Shown in pieces: positions 48,112 through 61,041 of a stretch of 64,000 nt of DNA. The stretch spans positions 38,522,191-38,586,190 of the forward strand of contig JAUZTB010000076.1 in assembly GCA_034780895.1 (NCBI GenBank). Direction: 5' to 3'. A program made the translations under genes and the position numbers. The notes below the pieces were generated by a model. The model made no database searches and was not told where the DNA came from. It saw nothing but the letters and a program-made list of their open reading frames with translations. Position 1 is the first letter of the stretch, and each line of letters starts with the position of its first letter. The DNA is from Rhynchobatus australiae (taxonomy: Eukaryota).

Positions 48112-49800
48112 CTGTGATCGGCAAAAAGGAAGAGAGAACAGATACCTGGTCAGAGAGTGACAGATTTGTGAACAAAGCATTTATTGTCAAAGATTAAAGT
48201 GAATAGGCATGAGTTCAATCACCAGAGTACAGGTAAAGTCTTTCATTCTTGACAAGCTAATTGGTAATAAACCACAATCTCTGCAACCTTGTTCTGGGGG
48301 AGGGGGAAATTGGTCCAGATTGTTGGTATCTGGAGTCTGGGTCAAGAGTTAATTCAGGTCATCTGCAAAATTTTCCCTACTCATCACATGCTTTCCCACT
48401 GCTGGATTTCTCTGAGGTTCTCACAGAATTGTCAGTGATCTGCAGTAACTGGACAGAGGGCAGAAAATAGGTAGGGAACATCCTGTGTTCTTCCTCACTG
48501 ACAACATTTCATTGAGAAACATCAAAGATATCAATAAAAAATGAACTTTTAATGTGCACATCTGTTTTTTTTTTACTGACCTATGACCTTCTATCTTAAT
48601 GAAATGCATTGGAGGGAAAATACATGTTCTTAAGCTACCAAAGAGAAAGTCATGGTCATGGTCATGTTCCTGCAAGCTTGCCACTGCTTGTTTCTCATGT
48701 GGAGTGTTACCAGTAATCAGTATGATTGTGGGTAGAGAGACTCAAATGTATTAAGATCTGCAGTTGGAGTAGTGCCTGGTAAATTTATCTGTTTGGCCTC
48801 CTGTTTACAAGTTCCAGATGGCTTACACAAATGCTGCATTACTTCCTCCAAATCTTACAGGTGCTGCCCTGTCTTCATATGGATGCCAAGTTGCAACTGG
48901 TCTCTCACAGGGTATGGAACCATCTTGAATTCCAAAATGAATCTAATGTGCAAATTCTGTGACAAGATATTAACCTCCAGGATGAAAATCAAACCACCAG
49001 ACAAAAAAATGATCATGAAACAGCAAATATCCACCCTATATAGCTCATTATATCCTGAAATACACTGCAATTATAAAACAAGTGTTCAAAATGGATAAAA
49101 TTTCAGAAGAATGGCTATGTGACCTATTACCTTATATTCATAAACACTAATTTAATTGTCTTGCTCCTGCTGTGACTTGGCAAGAAGTTACTATTTTAGT
49201 TTCAGTTCTCCAAAGCTTTCTTTACAAACATTTAGTGCTGTCCCATTGCAAGTTATTTTTCTTACATGCAATTTCCTTAGATGTTTTTTCCTACTCTCTA
49301 TGTGCAGAGGCAGTAAATGCTTAATGCATTACAGCTAGCCAGAGACAGGAAGTCCTGTTTGAGGAACCATTCTTCATGTAAGGTCTCTTCAATAGCGAGC
49401 AGGTTGCTATCCTTAACATCGTATCAGTGCTCTTCACAGAAGAAACCCTTTTCGAAGAGAGGGCTAGATTAGTTCTGAGGATCACCCACAAGGAATCCTG
49501 AACTTCCTGAGAAGTTCTCACTTTATAATTCCACTGGTGCAACAGTGCTGGACTTCTCATGGAAATCAGCTCACTGACCTGCAGCCCAAGATTGCAACTT
49601 GCATATATTCAGCAACTCCATTCATTTCAACAGAGAGGAGCAGCTCCAAGGGAGAAGTTTTGGGTAATTTAAATATTTTTTTTTAATTAATTGAGTTGGT
49701 TTAACCTAAATTTTTAATCTGTTTAAATGTTTGTGGTTAGTTGTCTGTCAAAGCTGTCTAGGGCTTTCCTTTTGTCATGAATGGAAAGGAAAGTCTGAAC

Positions 49801-49910
49801 ATACAGGCGGCCAGAAGAGAGATGGTTGAAGAGGGCAGCTCCAGGATCATTACCCTCAGGACCTGGATTCAACGCAGGAAATGCTTCAATAATCTACTCG
49901 CAACAGTAGG
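49801..49910 (+). mobile_element. Harbinger-type Myb/SANT DNA-binding ORF relic
   Basis: Translates to QAARREMVEEGSSRIITLRTWIQRRKCFNNLL, similar to the Myb/SANT-like motif AW.EVA..VS....RT..QCRKRFNDL. Confidence 0.5.
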
Positions 49911-50663
49911 GTGAATGCACCTTTCTATTTAGGTCTTAGGCTGCACTTTGTCTGTAAGAGACCTTCCCTCACCATTCAGATTCCTTTTACCAAACACACT
50001 CAAATACAGTGCCTGTTATCACCCCAGCAGCCACTAATACCAGCATCCTTTCATGGACAGAATTAAATTTCTACTGGAACTCATTCATCACACTCTAGCT
50101 ATCTTCTTGTCTTTCTTAGGCTGAACTGCTAACAAGAATTGTGAAAGAGTACTATTTATTCTGAATTAATTGTGTAATTTGCAAAAGTCAACTGAGAGGG
50201 TGACCAGTGACCCCAGGATTAGGATTGCCCATGAAATTCTGAAACACAGGGTTGAAGGTTCAGAAGATCTGGCCCACTGTGGTAGAGGCCTGAGATGGCA
50301 GGGTGTGCAATTACTTCAATGTCACCACTTAGGTAGGGTACCATAAGAGATATTTTCAAAATGCCTAACATAATTTACATTCCACATTTCTGGCAGGAAA
50401 TTAAAGGTCTCATAGAAAAGGCAAAAGAAAATGCCAGTGACAGGCTAAGCAGTATAATGTGAGAAGTTGTTAATTAATGCATAGAGAAGGAAAGGTGGCT
50501 CTTGTAGCAGCAATGATGAAATAGAAAAAGGCCAGGGTTTCAGATGAGTTGAGCATTTAACTTTTGTTGGCCCCCTTGATGTGGCGTGCTGAGACACACC
50601 TGCCCTCAGTCTCTGCATCTGGTGCCCAACCAAGACGGGGGCAGTTTCCTCAATCAGCATGGA

Positions 50664-50731
50664 AAGCAAAGTGCCATTCTTGGTTGTAGGACAGGGAAGC
50701 AAAGTGCCATTCTTGGTTGTAGGACAGGGAA
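50664..50731. repeat. 33-bp tandem duplication
   Basis: aagcaaagtgccattcttggttgtaggacaggg present twice, exact. Confidence 0.9.
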
Positions 50732-50959
50732 TGTCAGACACAGACCTACACAAGGTGGAGGTGACCCCACAAGTGTTCAAAACAGTTATTGCAAGAGTGT
50801 GCCCAAAGATCATAATGATTTTTTTTTGTCCCAGAAACAAAGAGGCTAAATCCAGTTGAGTTCAGATTCTGCACAAAGGGAGAACTTACTTTGTTACATC
50901 GTCAAATGGTTGCAGTGGGAATCCATCCATCAACTACTAGGAACTTCCAGGTGAGGAGC

Positions 50960-51360
50960 AAGATGATGGGCAGATGGAGCCATGTGGGGGAGTTGGGGGA
51001 GTCAGGAGACAGTGGCTGGTGGGTGATAGGTGGAGACAGATAAGGAAAGTGAAAATTGAAGTGTGCAGATGGAGCCAGTTGGGGGTTGTCGGTTGGGACA
51101 GAGGCTAAAGGTGATACATGGAAACAAGAGGCTACAGGTGCTGGATCCGGCATCTGCAGCTTCTTGTTTCCACTTTTTTTTCTCTTTCCTCACCTGGTTC
51201 TACCTATCGCCTGCCAGCCCCTGCCTCACCCCTTTATACTCGCCATCTCCCCTCCACACTCTCAGTCCTAATGCAGAGTCTCGACTCAAAACATCGACTA
51301 TCCCTCTGCCTCGACAGATGCTGCCTGACCTGTTGAGTTCCTCCAGCTGTTTGTTTTGTA
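50960..51360. mobile_element. Penelope-derived element with central palindrome
   Basis: Head-to-head arms joined at 51119-51172; ends ...cctaatgcagagtctcgactcaaaacatcgac...gatgctgcctgacctgttgagttcctccagc. Confidence 0.65.
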
Positions 51361-51590
51361 ATGTTCACTAACAGCATTGCAATATACTACCGTAATGTGC
51401 ATTGATTCTTGGCACGTGATCTTCTCATCATAAGGTCACTTGGTAATTGATATTGATGAAACAATTATGAGTCTCTTTATTCATATCAATATTTATCAAA
51501 GAAACTGAAATTTATCCATGAAAGACAATAGACATGCAGTTAAAGTGCATCTTTCCTACGTTTTACTTAGAAGAGGAAAATTGCTCTTAC

Positions 51591-51599
51591 CGGACTTCT
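51591..51599 (-). CDS. SGIP1: SGIP1 9-nt microexon (RSP)
   Basis: tgcttcactctttag|AGAAGTCCG|gtaagag; phase 0-0; lies where human has RKSP. Confidence 0.7.
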
Positions 51600-54469
51600 C
51601 TAAAGAGTGAAGCATTTATCAGAAAAATAAATAATTATGCTAGATTTTGTCTTACAAAATGTTTTTACATTCTAACAATGCAAAGAAAAAACACAAATAA
51701 CAGGTTGTGTTTTCTTGAGAAAAGATTTGACAATTCATTTGCAACTATGTTAAAAATCATGAAAGACTGCACCAATGCATGTGACATAATTGTGAAGCAA
51801 ATTCTTGTGGAAATGATATTTTGTCAAACACTGTCAAGTTTGCTCATTTAAAAGGTTCATGAAAGAAAAGCTTTATGGAATCTTAAAAATATGTCTGGTC
51901 AGCATCTTAGTGTCTGCCTTTTGTTAAACCACATAGTTAATAGATCTCAATATATGACTTTAAACAAGGCAAATCAAACACTAATTTGTACATTATTTAT
52001 CTATTCAAAACTCTGATGAGAACTGGCATTTACAAATCACTCATTAATTTCCAGCAAAATGATGAAATTAATGGATTAATTCGTTTGACAATATGTTTGG
52101 GTTTGATAATTTATCTGATATTCCAATGAGTAAACATTGTCAAATTAATAAGGTACTGATATACACTCTATACTAGTCTTACACTGATACTGACTAATCA
52201 TTAATATTGTTTGTAAATTATAATCCCTTNNNNNNNNNNNNNNNNNNNNNNNNNNNNNNNNNNNNNNNNNNNNNNNNNNNNNNNNNNNNNNNNNNNNNNN
52301 NNNNNNNNNNNNNNNNNNNNNNNNNNNNNTTTAGCAACAATACTGTGCTAAAATATGGTTGTTTTGTAAGATTTGTGTCTTTACTGGACACTATGTAGGC
52401 TAAGATGGTTCAAAATCTTAAATGTCCAGTTAACCCAACTGGAGAATGATGGAGACAACTTATATCGAAAGCTTGAAGAATTGTATAAAATATTTACACC
52501 TGTACACTGTCTCTGGCAATTACTGGGTATATATCTTTTCCTAGGAATCAGATGGTGAAGTATGTCCTTGTCTGCCTTCTCGTTATGTCCAGACAATGGA
52601 AAGCTTTCTGCTGTATTCAAGAAATTAATTGCTGAGCTGCAGCAATTTATTAGTTCTTTGAAATGAATAAATTGTGTATATAGGTGTGTCTTAGAAATAA
52701 TTTACCTTTAAAATTCTTAATTCATTTAGTCCTTTACATTAAAATTACATGATGTGCAGTTAACTTTTAGAACTGCCTCAGCCATTGTGCTTCCTTTATA
52801 AAAATGATAAGAAAGATGAATCTGGATATGGAACATAAGGCATCTGACAAAGTAAAAAGGCCAAATTAATTTCTGATCCTTGCTCAAGGAATCAGTGTAC
52901 AAATTTATGAGGGATATAAGTGTCATGCCATGTCACAAATAACATTTTCCCTGTGATTTTGCAGCTGTAGGTAAATAAGCAGTGGAAAATCGTAACATGA
53001 ACAACTCCAACATAAAAGGAACAGTTTCTCCTGCACTTATGGTAGTGCAATATAAATATACCAGCATGAAGTTATAATATGTTTATAACTCTTTCCAAAA
53101 ACCTGTATCAACCTCAAAACCAAATAATGTAATATATTTTCTGAAAACATTAATGGGTGTTTATGTTACAGTGAAACCTTGTTCAAAGCAACAAGATGTG
53201 CCTTTTTATCTAATACAATGCCCAAGNNNNNNNNNNNNNNNNNNNNAATACTTCCTTTGAGAAAAAGTATTCTATAAACAAAGCAATACAAGGGAATCAT
53301 GTTGCTATGGCAACACTTAACACAAAGAAATGTCACACAATAGAGTGTTTGAGATAGGTGCTGATCTGCAGGTCCAGTGGAGCAGAAGAGAGAATCTATG
53401 AAGTTTTTTTATGCAGAGTTTGTAAATCTTTGTGATTCCCAACCTGCCAGGACTGTGTGTGCTCAGTTATTATTCAGGGATAAGATCTGCTAATTTTTGG
53501 ACAGTGAGAGGATCAGAGGGTTAGGGGATTGGATAGAAAAATGGACTGGAGCAAAGGATCAGTCAGGATATTACTGAATGGTAGAGCAGGCTTGAGGCTC
53601 TGTATTGCCAACACATTTTAATGCCCCATTCTTCAATAATAATCCAATTTTCATCTGAACCTCTATTTTGTCATATGCTGCTGTTGTTTTCCCAGCAGGT
53701 CTGAATTTAACTTTCGATAATGGTGGACATTAGGAGCAAGTAGCTGAATGTTGCATACCTCATTTCCATAAACTGTAGGAAGGAAATTTAAATCTATGCC
53801 GATTACAGGACATAGTTGGAAAACAGGAATTGTCATTTCCATGGATGGAGTATGTGAACTAAGAACTGAACTGTATAATCAGAGGGTCTTTGTGGTATCA
53901 TTAGAGGTTCATTCACTGGGCACAACAAAGCTGAAGCTTTCCATGCCAACCAGGATCAACATCCCCTCATTTCACGTTGGCAGCTTTTTGCTTAAATCCA
54001 TACGAGGGCCCCACTTTAAAATGATTGCATCGTCGAACAGTTTCTTTGGTCTAACTGTCTTAAATGCATCGCTGACTTAAGGATTAACCCTCAACTATAA
54101 TGTGAAGCCACCAGAGAAATGCTCTTCCTTGGCATTATATCACAAGTGATAGTGTCATTGAAGTTGGTGAAAAAGAGAATTAGACATGGAGTAAAACTCG
54201 TTTTGTGCCATTGTTGAAGAACAATTTCACCTTAACACTACCCTATGTTGATGGAGGTGGAATACTGGGAATTGACTGCATTGGATCTTGATGCAGCCTT
54301 TCAGCTGAAACATTTTACAGTAATTTGAATAGAAAAGTTGCTACATTTTATATTAAATGAACTGCAAGTGAATAATTTTCTGTTTTGAATGCATCAGAGA
54401 AGGCATCTTGCTGAAGAAGATGGATTTGGTGTGTGTTGCGTAAGTGCATTAACTGGACTGACAGGCAGG

Positions 54470-57332
54470 AGAACGGCAGGGAACAAGGAAAGCCCAATAG
54501 ATTAAATTGAATTTATTTCAATGCAAGAGGTTTGACAGGTCAGCCAGATGAACTTAGGGCTTGGATAGTGACGTGGGACTGGGATATTGTAACCATTACT
54601 GAAACATGGCTAAGGGAGGGACCGGACTGGCAGCTTAATGTTCCAAGGTACAGATGCTTTAGATGGGATAGAGGCAATGGAAAAAGAGGAGGGGAGTTGC
54701 AGTTTTTGATTAAGTGGAATATCACAGCAGGAGTCAGAGATGAAATTACTAAAGAATTATCAAGTGAGGCTTTATGGGTGGAGCTGAGAAATAAGAAAGG
54801 GATGATCGCACTGTTGGGATTGTACTATAGGCCCCCAAATAGTCAACGGGAATTAGAAGAACAAATATTCAGGGAGATTGTGGAGAGTTGGAAGAATAAT
54901 AGGGTTGTCATAGCAGGGGATTTTAACTTTCCTAACATGGGTTGGGACTGTCATACTGTTAAGGGCTTAGATGGGGTGGAATTTGTTAAGTGCATTCAGG
55001 AATGTATAGCAGGCCCTACTAGGGAGAGGGCAAAGCTCGACCTACTCAGGTAATAGGGTGGGGCAAGTTACTGAGGTGACAGTGGGGAAGCACTTTGGGA
55101 CCAGTGACCATAGTTCTGTTAGTTTTATAATAGTTGTGGAAAGGGACCGAATTGGTCCACAGGTTAGAGCTCTAAATTGGGATAAAATGAATTTTGACGG
55201 TGTGAGACAGGAGCTTGCAAAGGTTGATTGGAGTAGTATTTTTCAGGCAAGTGGGAGGCTTTAGAAAAATGAGATAGTGAGAGCTCAAGGTCTGCACGTT
55301 CCTGTTAGAGTGAAGGGCAAGGCTGGTAGAAGTAGGGAACCCTGGATGTTGAGGGATTTTGAGGCCCTGGCCAGGAAAAAGGAGGCACAGGTCAGGTACA
55401 GGCAGCTGGGATCAAACAAATCCCTGGAGGGGAATAGGGAATGCAGGAGTGTACTCGGGAAGGAAATCAGGAGGGGCATTAGATAGCTTTGGCAGAGATG
55501 ATTAAGGAAAGTCCAAAGAGATTTTATGTTATGAGAACAAGAGTAACTAGAGAGAGAATAGGGCTTTTCAGAGACCAAAGGGGTCATCATTGTGTGGAGC
55601 CACAGGAAATGGAGGACAAGGTCCTTAATTAATATTTTTCCTCTTCATTTACTGTGGAGAAAGACATGAAGAGTTTGGAACTAGGAAAAGTAAATGGGGA
55701 GGTCTCGGGGATAGTCGACATTACAGCAGAGGTGGTGCCGGATGTCTTAAAAGGTATGAAGGTTTACAGATCTCCAGAGTCTGACTAAGTATATCCAAGA
55801 ACACTGTGGGAGGCTACAGAAGAAACTGTGAGAGCCCTGGCTGAGATATTTGCATCATTGTTAGCCACGGGTGAGGTGCTGGTAGACTGGAGGGTAGCGA
55901 ATGTTGTGCCTTTATTTAAGAAGGGTGGCAAAGAAAAACCTGGGAGTTATAGGCCAGTACATCTAACACCTGTGGTAGGTAAGTTACTGGAGAGGATCCT
56001 GAGGGATAAGATTTATGTGCATCTGGAAAGACGGGGGTTGATTAGGGTTAGTCAGCATAGCTTTGTGCACGGTAGGTCATGCCTTACGAACTTGATTGAC
56101 TTTTTTGATGATGTGACCAAGAAAGCTGATGAGGGCAGGATGGTAGACGTGGTTTATATGGACTTCAGTAAAGACTTCAATAGGTTCTAAATGGTCAATT
56201 GCTCTGGAAAGTTAGATTGCATGGAATCCAGGAAGAGTTGGCAAATAATATACAATTGGCTTAATGGTAGAAAACCGAGGGTGATGGTGGAAGGTTGTTT
56301 CTCAGACTGGAGGCCCGAGACCAGTGGTGTAGGTTCAGGGTTCAGTGCTGGCCCCATTGTTGTTTGTCATCTATATTGATGATTTGGATAGGAATGTACA
56401 GGGCGTGGTTAGTAAGTTTGCAGATGACACTGAAATAGGTGGCATAGTGGACAATGAAAGAGGTTATCAAAAATTACAGGGGGATCTTGATCAGCTGAGT
56501 AAATTTGTCAAGGAATGGCAAATGGAGTTTAATTCAGTTAAGTGCGAGGTGTTGCATTTTGGAAAGTCAAATCGAGGTAGGACTTTCACAGCGAACGGCA
56601 GGGTCCTGGGGAGCACTGGAGTACAAGTACATGGTTCACTGAAAGTGGAGTCAGAGGTAGACAGGGTGGTGAAGAAGGCTTTTGGCACACTGGCCTTCAT
56701 CCATCAGAGCATTGAGTATAAAAGTTAGGAGGTCCTGGTGCGATTGTACAGGATGCTGGTGAGGCCGCACAGCGAGTATTGTGTTCAGTTTTGGTCACCT
56801 TGCAATAGAAATGATGTTATTAAACTGGAAAGAGTGCAGAAAAGACTTGCAAGGATGCTTCCAGGACTTGAGGAACTATAGGGAGAGGTTGGACAGGTTA
56901 GGACTTTATTCCTTAGAGCATAGGAGACTGAGAGGGGATTTTATAGAAGTATATAAAATCATGAGGGGCATAGATAGGGTGGATGCACACAATCTTTTTC
57001 CCAGGATTGGCGAATCAAGACCTAGAGGTCCTAGGTTTAAGGTGAGGGGGGATAGATTTAATAGAAACTTGAGGTACACCTTTTTTTTTTACACAAAGGG
57101 TGGCATCTATGTGGAATGATCTGCCAGAGGAAGTGGTTGAAGCAGGTACAAAAACAACTGTTTAAAGAAAGCTGGACAGGTACATAGATTGGGAAGGTTT
57201 AGAAGTTTATGGGCCAAATGTGGGCAAATGGAACTAGCTTGAATGGGGCATCTTGGTTTGCATGGACCAGATGGGCCGAAGGGCCTGCTTCCATGCTGTA
57301 TAACTCTATGACTCTACCTAGGACTCTATGAC
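54470..57332 (+). mobile_element. CR1 LINE, near-complete ORF2 (APE + RT) with disruptions and (actctatg)n tail
   Basis: YFNAR, DIVTITETW, AGDFNFPN, SDH (APE); SYRPVHLT, VYMDFSK, KFADDT (RT); terminal actctatg repeats. Confidence 0.95.
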
Positions 57333-57712
57333 TGCTTGGAATGAATTGTGTTTCTGTCCTTAACACTTCTTCCGTTTAATTTCCAGTGGTAGGATTATAC
57401 ATGTAGTACAATAGAAATAATTTCCAGTCACTGATCTGAGGGTACTTTATAGCTGCTAATAAAGCCCATGGCCACATTATTGGTACTTTGGTTACACAGC
57501 AGTCTCAGGTAACCTGTTTTAAACTGATTCAAGAAAACTGACAGTAACATGTATGAATGCTGCAGATTCTGGAAGACTAAAATAAAAACAGAAGATGTCG
57601 ATAGTAAATTGCAATAATGAAAATTCTGTTCCTGGACTCATTTAAAACATACAGAGATGGAATTCTTAGTTTCCCAATATACTGAATGACAGAAACAAAT
57701 GGAAGTACTTAC

Positions 57713-57891
57713 CATTGGTGAAGGAGACAGAGAAATGTTGCCCACGGAAGCCTTTAGCTCATCCACTGATGCTGCCATACATGTGATGGTATCCTTAGCC
57801 TGGAGAGGCCGAATTTTAATGTTAAATTTTCGGCGTGTGTCTTCTTCTGACTCAGACTCACTTGATGAGTAAAAGTGTTTCTCTTTGGTAG
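57713..57891 (-). CDS. SGIP1: SGIP1 exon (S)[59 protein letters not shown] (AP2-activator region)
   Basis: AC acceptor preceded by a TCCTTAAT branch site; 179 nt (2 + 59 codons); donor GTAAGT. Confidence 0.95.
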
Positions 57892-60800
57892 GTAAAATGC
57901 CATTAAGGATTATTTTTGTGAATGAAATATAACAAAACAGTTAAACAGCCAGGTATGAATTTAAATTTGGTCGTGCTGTTTCCCTCCCCTCAACGTCACA
58001 TGTTGTGTTCCTTTTCCTTCAGCCTTCAAGCAGTTTGACTTGTTTTTGGGCTTAGCTCCATATGCCTCCAGTACTATGACTGTGACCACTTTATATGATT
58101 ATGGAAAGATAACTAATGACTGCACTGGTGGTACTGCCCATTTTAGCTCAGAAAAGAGACGTTGCTGTCCAAATCTCAATGTGGTTGGCATGCTTGAGAG
58201 CCAGTACCCACATTCAGTACCTCAATGGACAGTGAAAGGCCAGACAGGTAGATACATGTGTTTGCCTGGGTCTGGCCATTTATCTCCCACCTCTCAAGCC
58301 AAGCAGGTGACAGAGAGGTAGACGTGCTGCCACTTTGAAAAACCCTTCCACCATTCTTGCTATCTCCTGCTGTTAATTGCTTCCCCAACATGTTCACCAA
58401 ACAGAAGATTGACAAAGGGTCTTGAAACAGGACTGGACTAGACTCGGCCAAAATATGTAGGCTGTAGAATACTCCCAAGTAACTGTGGTGGCTGAGGGCA
58501 AGCAGACTGCTTTTGGAAGTTATGTTAGGCTCAGCAATTTAAGGGTTCCTTAAGCTGGGACTTGGACAAACAACTTTTACCTTCTCCAGTTCCAATTCCT
58601 TCTCTCCACATATTTTCTGTTCCCCCTCCTGTTAAATGACCAGAACAAACTGATGAGTGAATGAAGAAAAACTTGGGCCTGAGCCAAAGGAGGAAACAGG
58701 AGGGGGGTGAGAAAAGCGTACTTTAAAAGTGTTCTTAAATTACGAGTGGGAGATGGAAATATATAGGTAGGGCATTTCAAAGCATGGGGCATAGGCAGCT
58801 GAGGGAAGGATGACTTTTACTATGTCAGTAAATGACATTTTCTATGTCAGTTAACATGAACCAGGTGGAGAGCTTGGTAGTAAGGTCTATGGTGAAAGTG
58901 TGGTTGAAGAAGTCGCTGCAAATCCTGATACTATGGCAGCCTCAGGTCTCTCATGACCATGTTACCTTGGCATCCTAAACTTCCAGGTCCCCTTCTCATG
59001 ACAAGGCAAGGATGTGGATCAGGGATCCCACTCTTTTAAGTACCATATTCAAACAGTAACAGGCAGGCCACTCTTGGTGATTGATAATAAAGAGGGAGTC
59101 TGACAGGTGTGTTCTCCCTCCCTAATTCCAGCCTTCTCAACTCCAATGGTCAAGTGCAATGGTCAACAGCTGCCTTAGCTGAGCCTGTGAACACACAACA
59201 GGCTCTTTGCTGTATGTTGTGGAGAATGGAGTACAGACACAGTTGTTTGGTAAAATACAGGAGTACTTGTACATTTTAAAGTAAATGCAGAATTGCTAGA
59301 GTGCAGCACATTCACTGCTCTGCTCTGCTCCCCTCCCCTGATTTTACATTTATTAAGGTGCTCTGTACAGAGCTAATTCAACCAACTCCTGCCAGAACTA
59401 AGCCCTTCTAAATTGTCCCTTAGAAAACTGAGATATGTGGGAAAACTTGATTTGGCAGTCTGGGTTAAGCCAACACATTTCTTCCATTCTTTTTAGGTAT
59501 CTGAACTTGCTGCAACTCACGTATAGCTGGATAGCTGAGACCAAGGTGTGGTCGGCTTGAGCGATTGGTGGTGGATGGAGGGTACACATCACACAGTATC
59601 TCTGCTTCATAAACATGAATCTCACATGAAAACTCCTACTGAAAATAAATAATTGTTCATATTTCTTCAATGCTTCAGGCTATCACAGCATCTGAATGTG
59701 CAATGAGGATCTGATCCTTGCTGGAAAATGTACGTGTTGAACAGGCAAAGGGATATCCAAAGAGATCTAAGTGTACAGCTTCATGAAACGCACAAAGTAA
59801 GCTGCATGTTGTAGCTGCTTGTTTGGAGAGCAAATATATGATGGTCTTTTTTGCAAGGGGGTTGGAGAACAAAAGTAGGGAAGCCTTGCAGGGCTTGGTA
59901 CGGGGCTTTGTTCAGAGCTTTGGTGGAAACCCTATTGGAGACTGTGCAATTTTGATCTCTGTACCTACAGAAGTTTATAGTTGTGCGGAATCAGCGCAGT
60001 CCAGATTGATTCCATGAGTGCATGGCCTTTAGAGTAAGACTGCCCTTTACTCATTAGAATCTAGGCGACCTTAACAAAATGCACATGATGAGAGGGACTA
60101 ACAAGGTAGTTGGCAAGAGGCAGCTTCTTCTGGCTGGTGAGACTAAAAGCAGAGGGCATAGTCTCAGGATAAGGGAATGGCTATTGAGGACCATAATAAG
60201 GAGAATTTATTTTTTATGCAGTGCTTGGAAAACTTTGGAAGAAGGCTGAGAATATTAAAGCTGAGATTTTTAGATGCAAAGTAAATAAGATGTGACTCAA
60301 AGAACAGGATTAACCATGAATTTACTGAATGAAAGAGCAAGCTTAAGGCCCCATGTAGCTTATTTCTACTTCTATTTCCTATGATGTTCTTTTCGTGCCT
60401 GTTACTGGAGAGGAAATGGTGTCTGTGAAACATTATCCTAGCATGAGTCAGTATCTCCAAGTCAGAAGGGAAAAATAAACTGGAGTATAAAAATAACCAA
60501 CATTAACAAGTTGCCAGTGGAGTTTTCAAATAAGGTTTACAAATAAACTGGTGCTGCATTCACTATGTTGAGATCATACATCTCAGTAAAAGGCTGAGCA
60601 TTTAAAACTGGTGACAATCTCCTGACTGGAAGTGCCTTCACATATGGTTCACCTGTAATGGAATATTAACCACCTTTATAACAGTCGATCAAAAAGCAAA
60701 GATATAAAATTATAACAGTTAATCAATGCATTTTTGGCAATGAAAACAAATAAAAAAAAACAAGATACTGGAAATCTATGATAGAAAACAGAACATGCTA

Positions 60801-60983
60801 AACCAAGTTGTAGACCAGGCAGCATCTGTGTCAAATAGTATCANNNNNNNNNNNNNNNNNNNNNNNNNNNNNNNNNNNNNNNNNNNNNNNNNNNNNNNNN
60901 NNNNNNNNNNNNNNNNNNNNNNNNNNNNNNNNNNNNNNNNNNNGGTCAGGCAGCATCTGTGTCAAATAGTATCAGAAGGATAT
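57892..60983 (-). other. SGIP1: U12-type (minor spliceosome) AT-AC intron
   Basis: 5' ATATCCTT, branch TCCTTAAT at 57909-57902, 3' AC; joins T+CT into an in-frame Ser. Confidence 0.92.
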
Positions 60984-61041
60984 AACCTGATTTGTCATCT
61001 GGCCTGATACTGTATCCTTCATCATCAACTTCTGGGGAATT
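60984..61041 (-). CDS. SGIP1: SGIP1 exon NSPEVDDEGYSIRPDDKSG(S)
   Basis: Acceptor ttttcag; 58 nt (19 codons + 1); followed by the U12-type donor ATATCCTT. Confidence 0.93.

Larger units (their letters stand above)
6300..61041 (-). other. SGIP1: SGIP1 gene body (partial: 5' exons outside window), SH3GL-interacting endocytic adaptor 1, muniscin family
   Basis: 18 phase-consistent exons whose translation follows human SGIP1 as I recall it: DEEGYSIRP motif, APA region (HFYSSSESE...FNIKIRPL), proline-rich region, and C-terminal mu-homology domain ending GKYMADN*. Confidence 0.96.
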
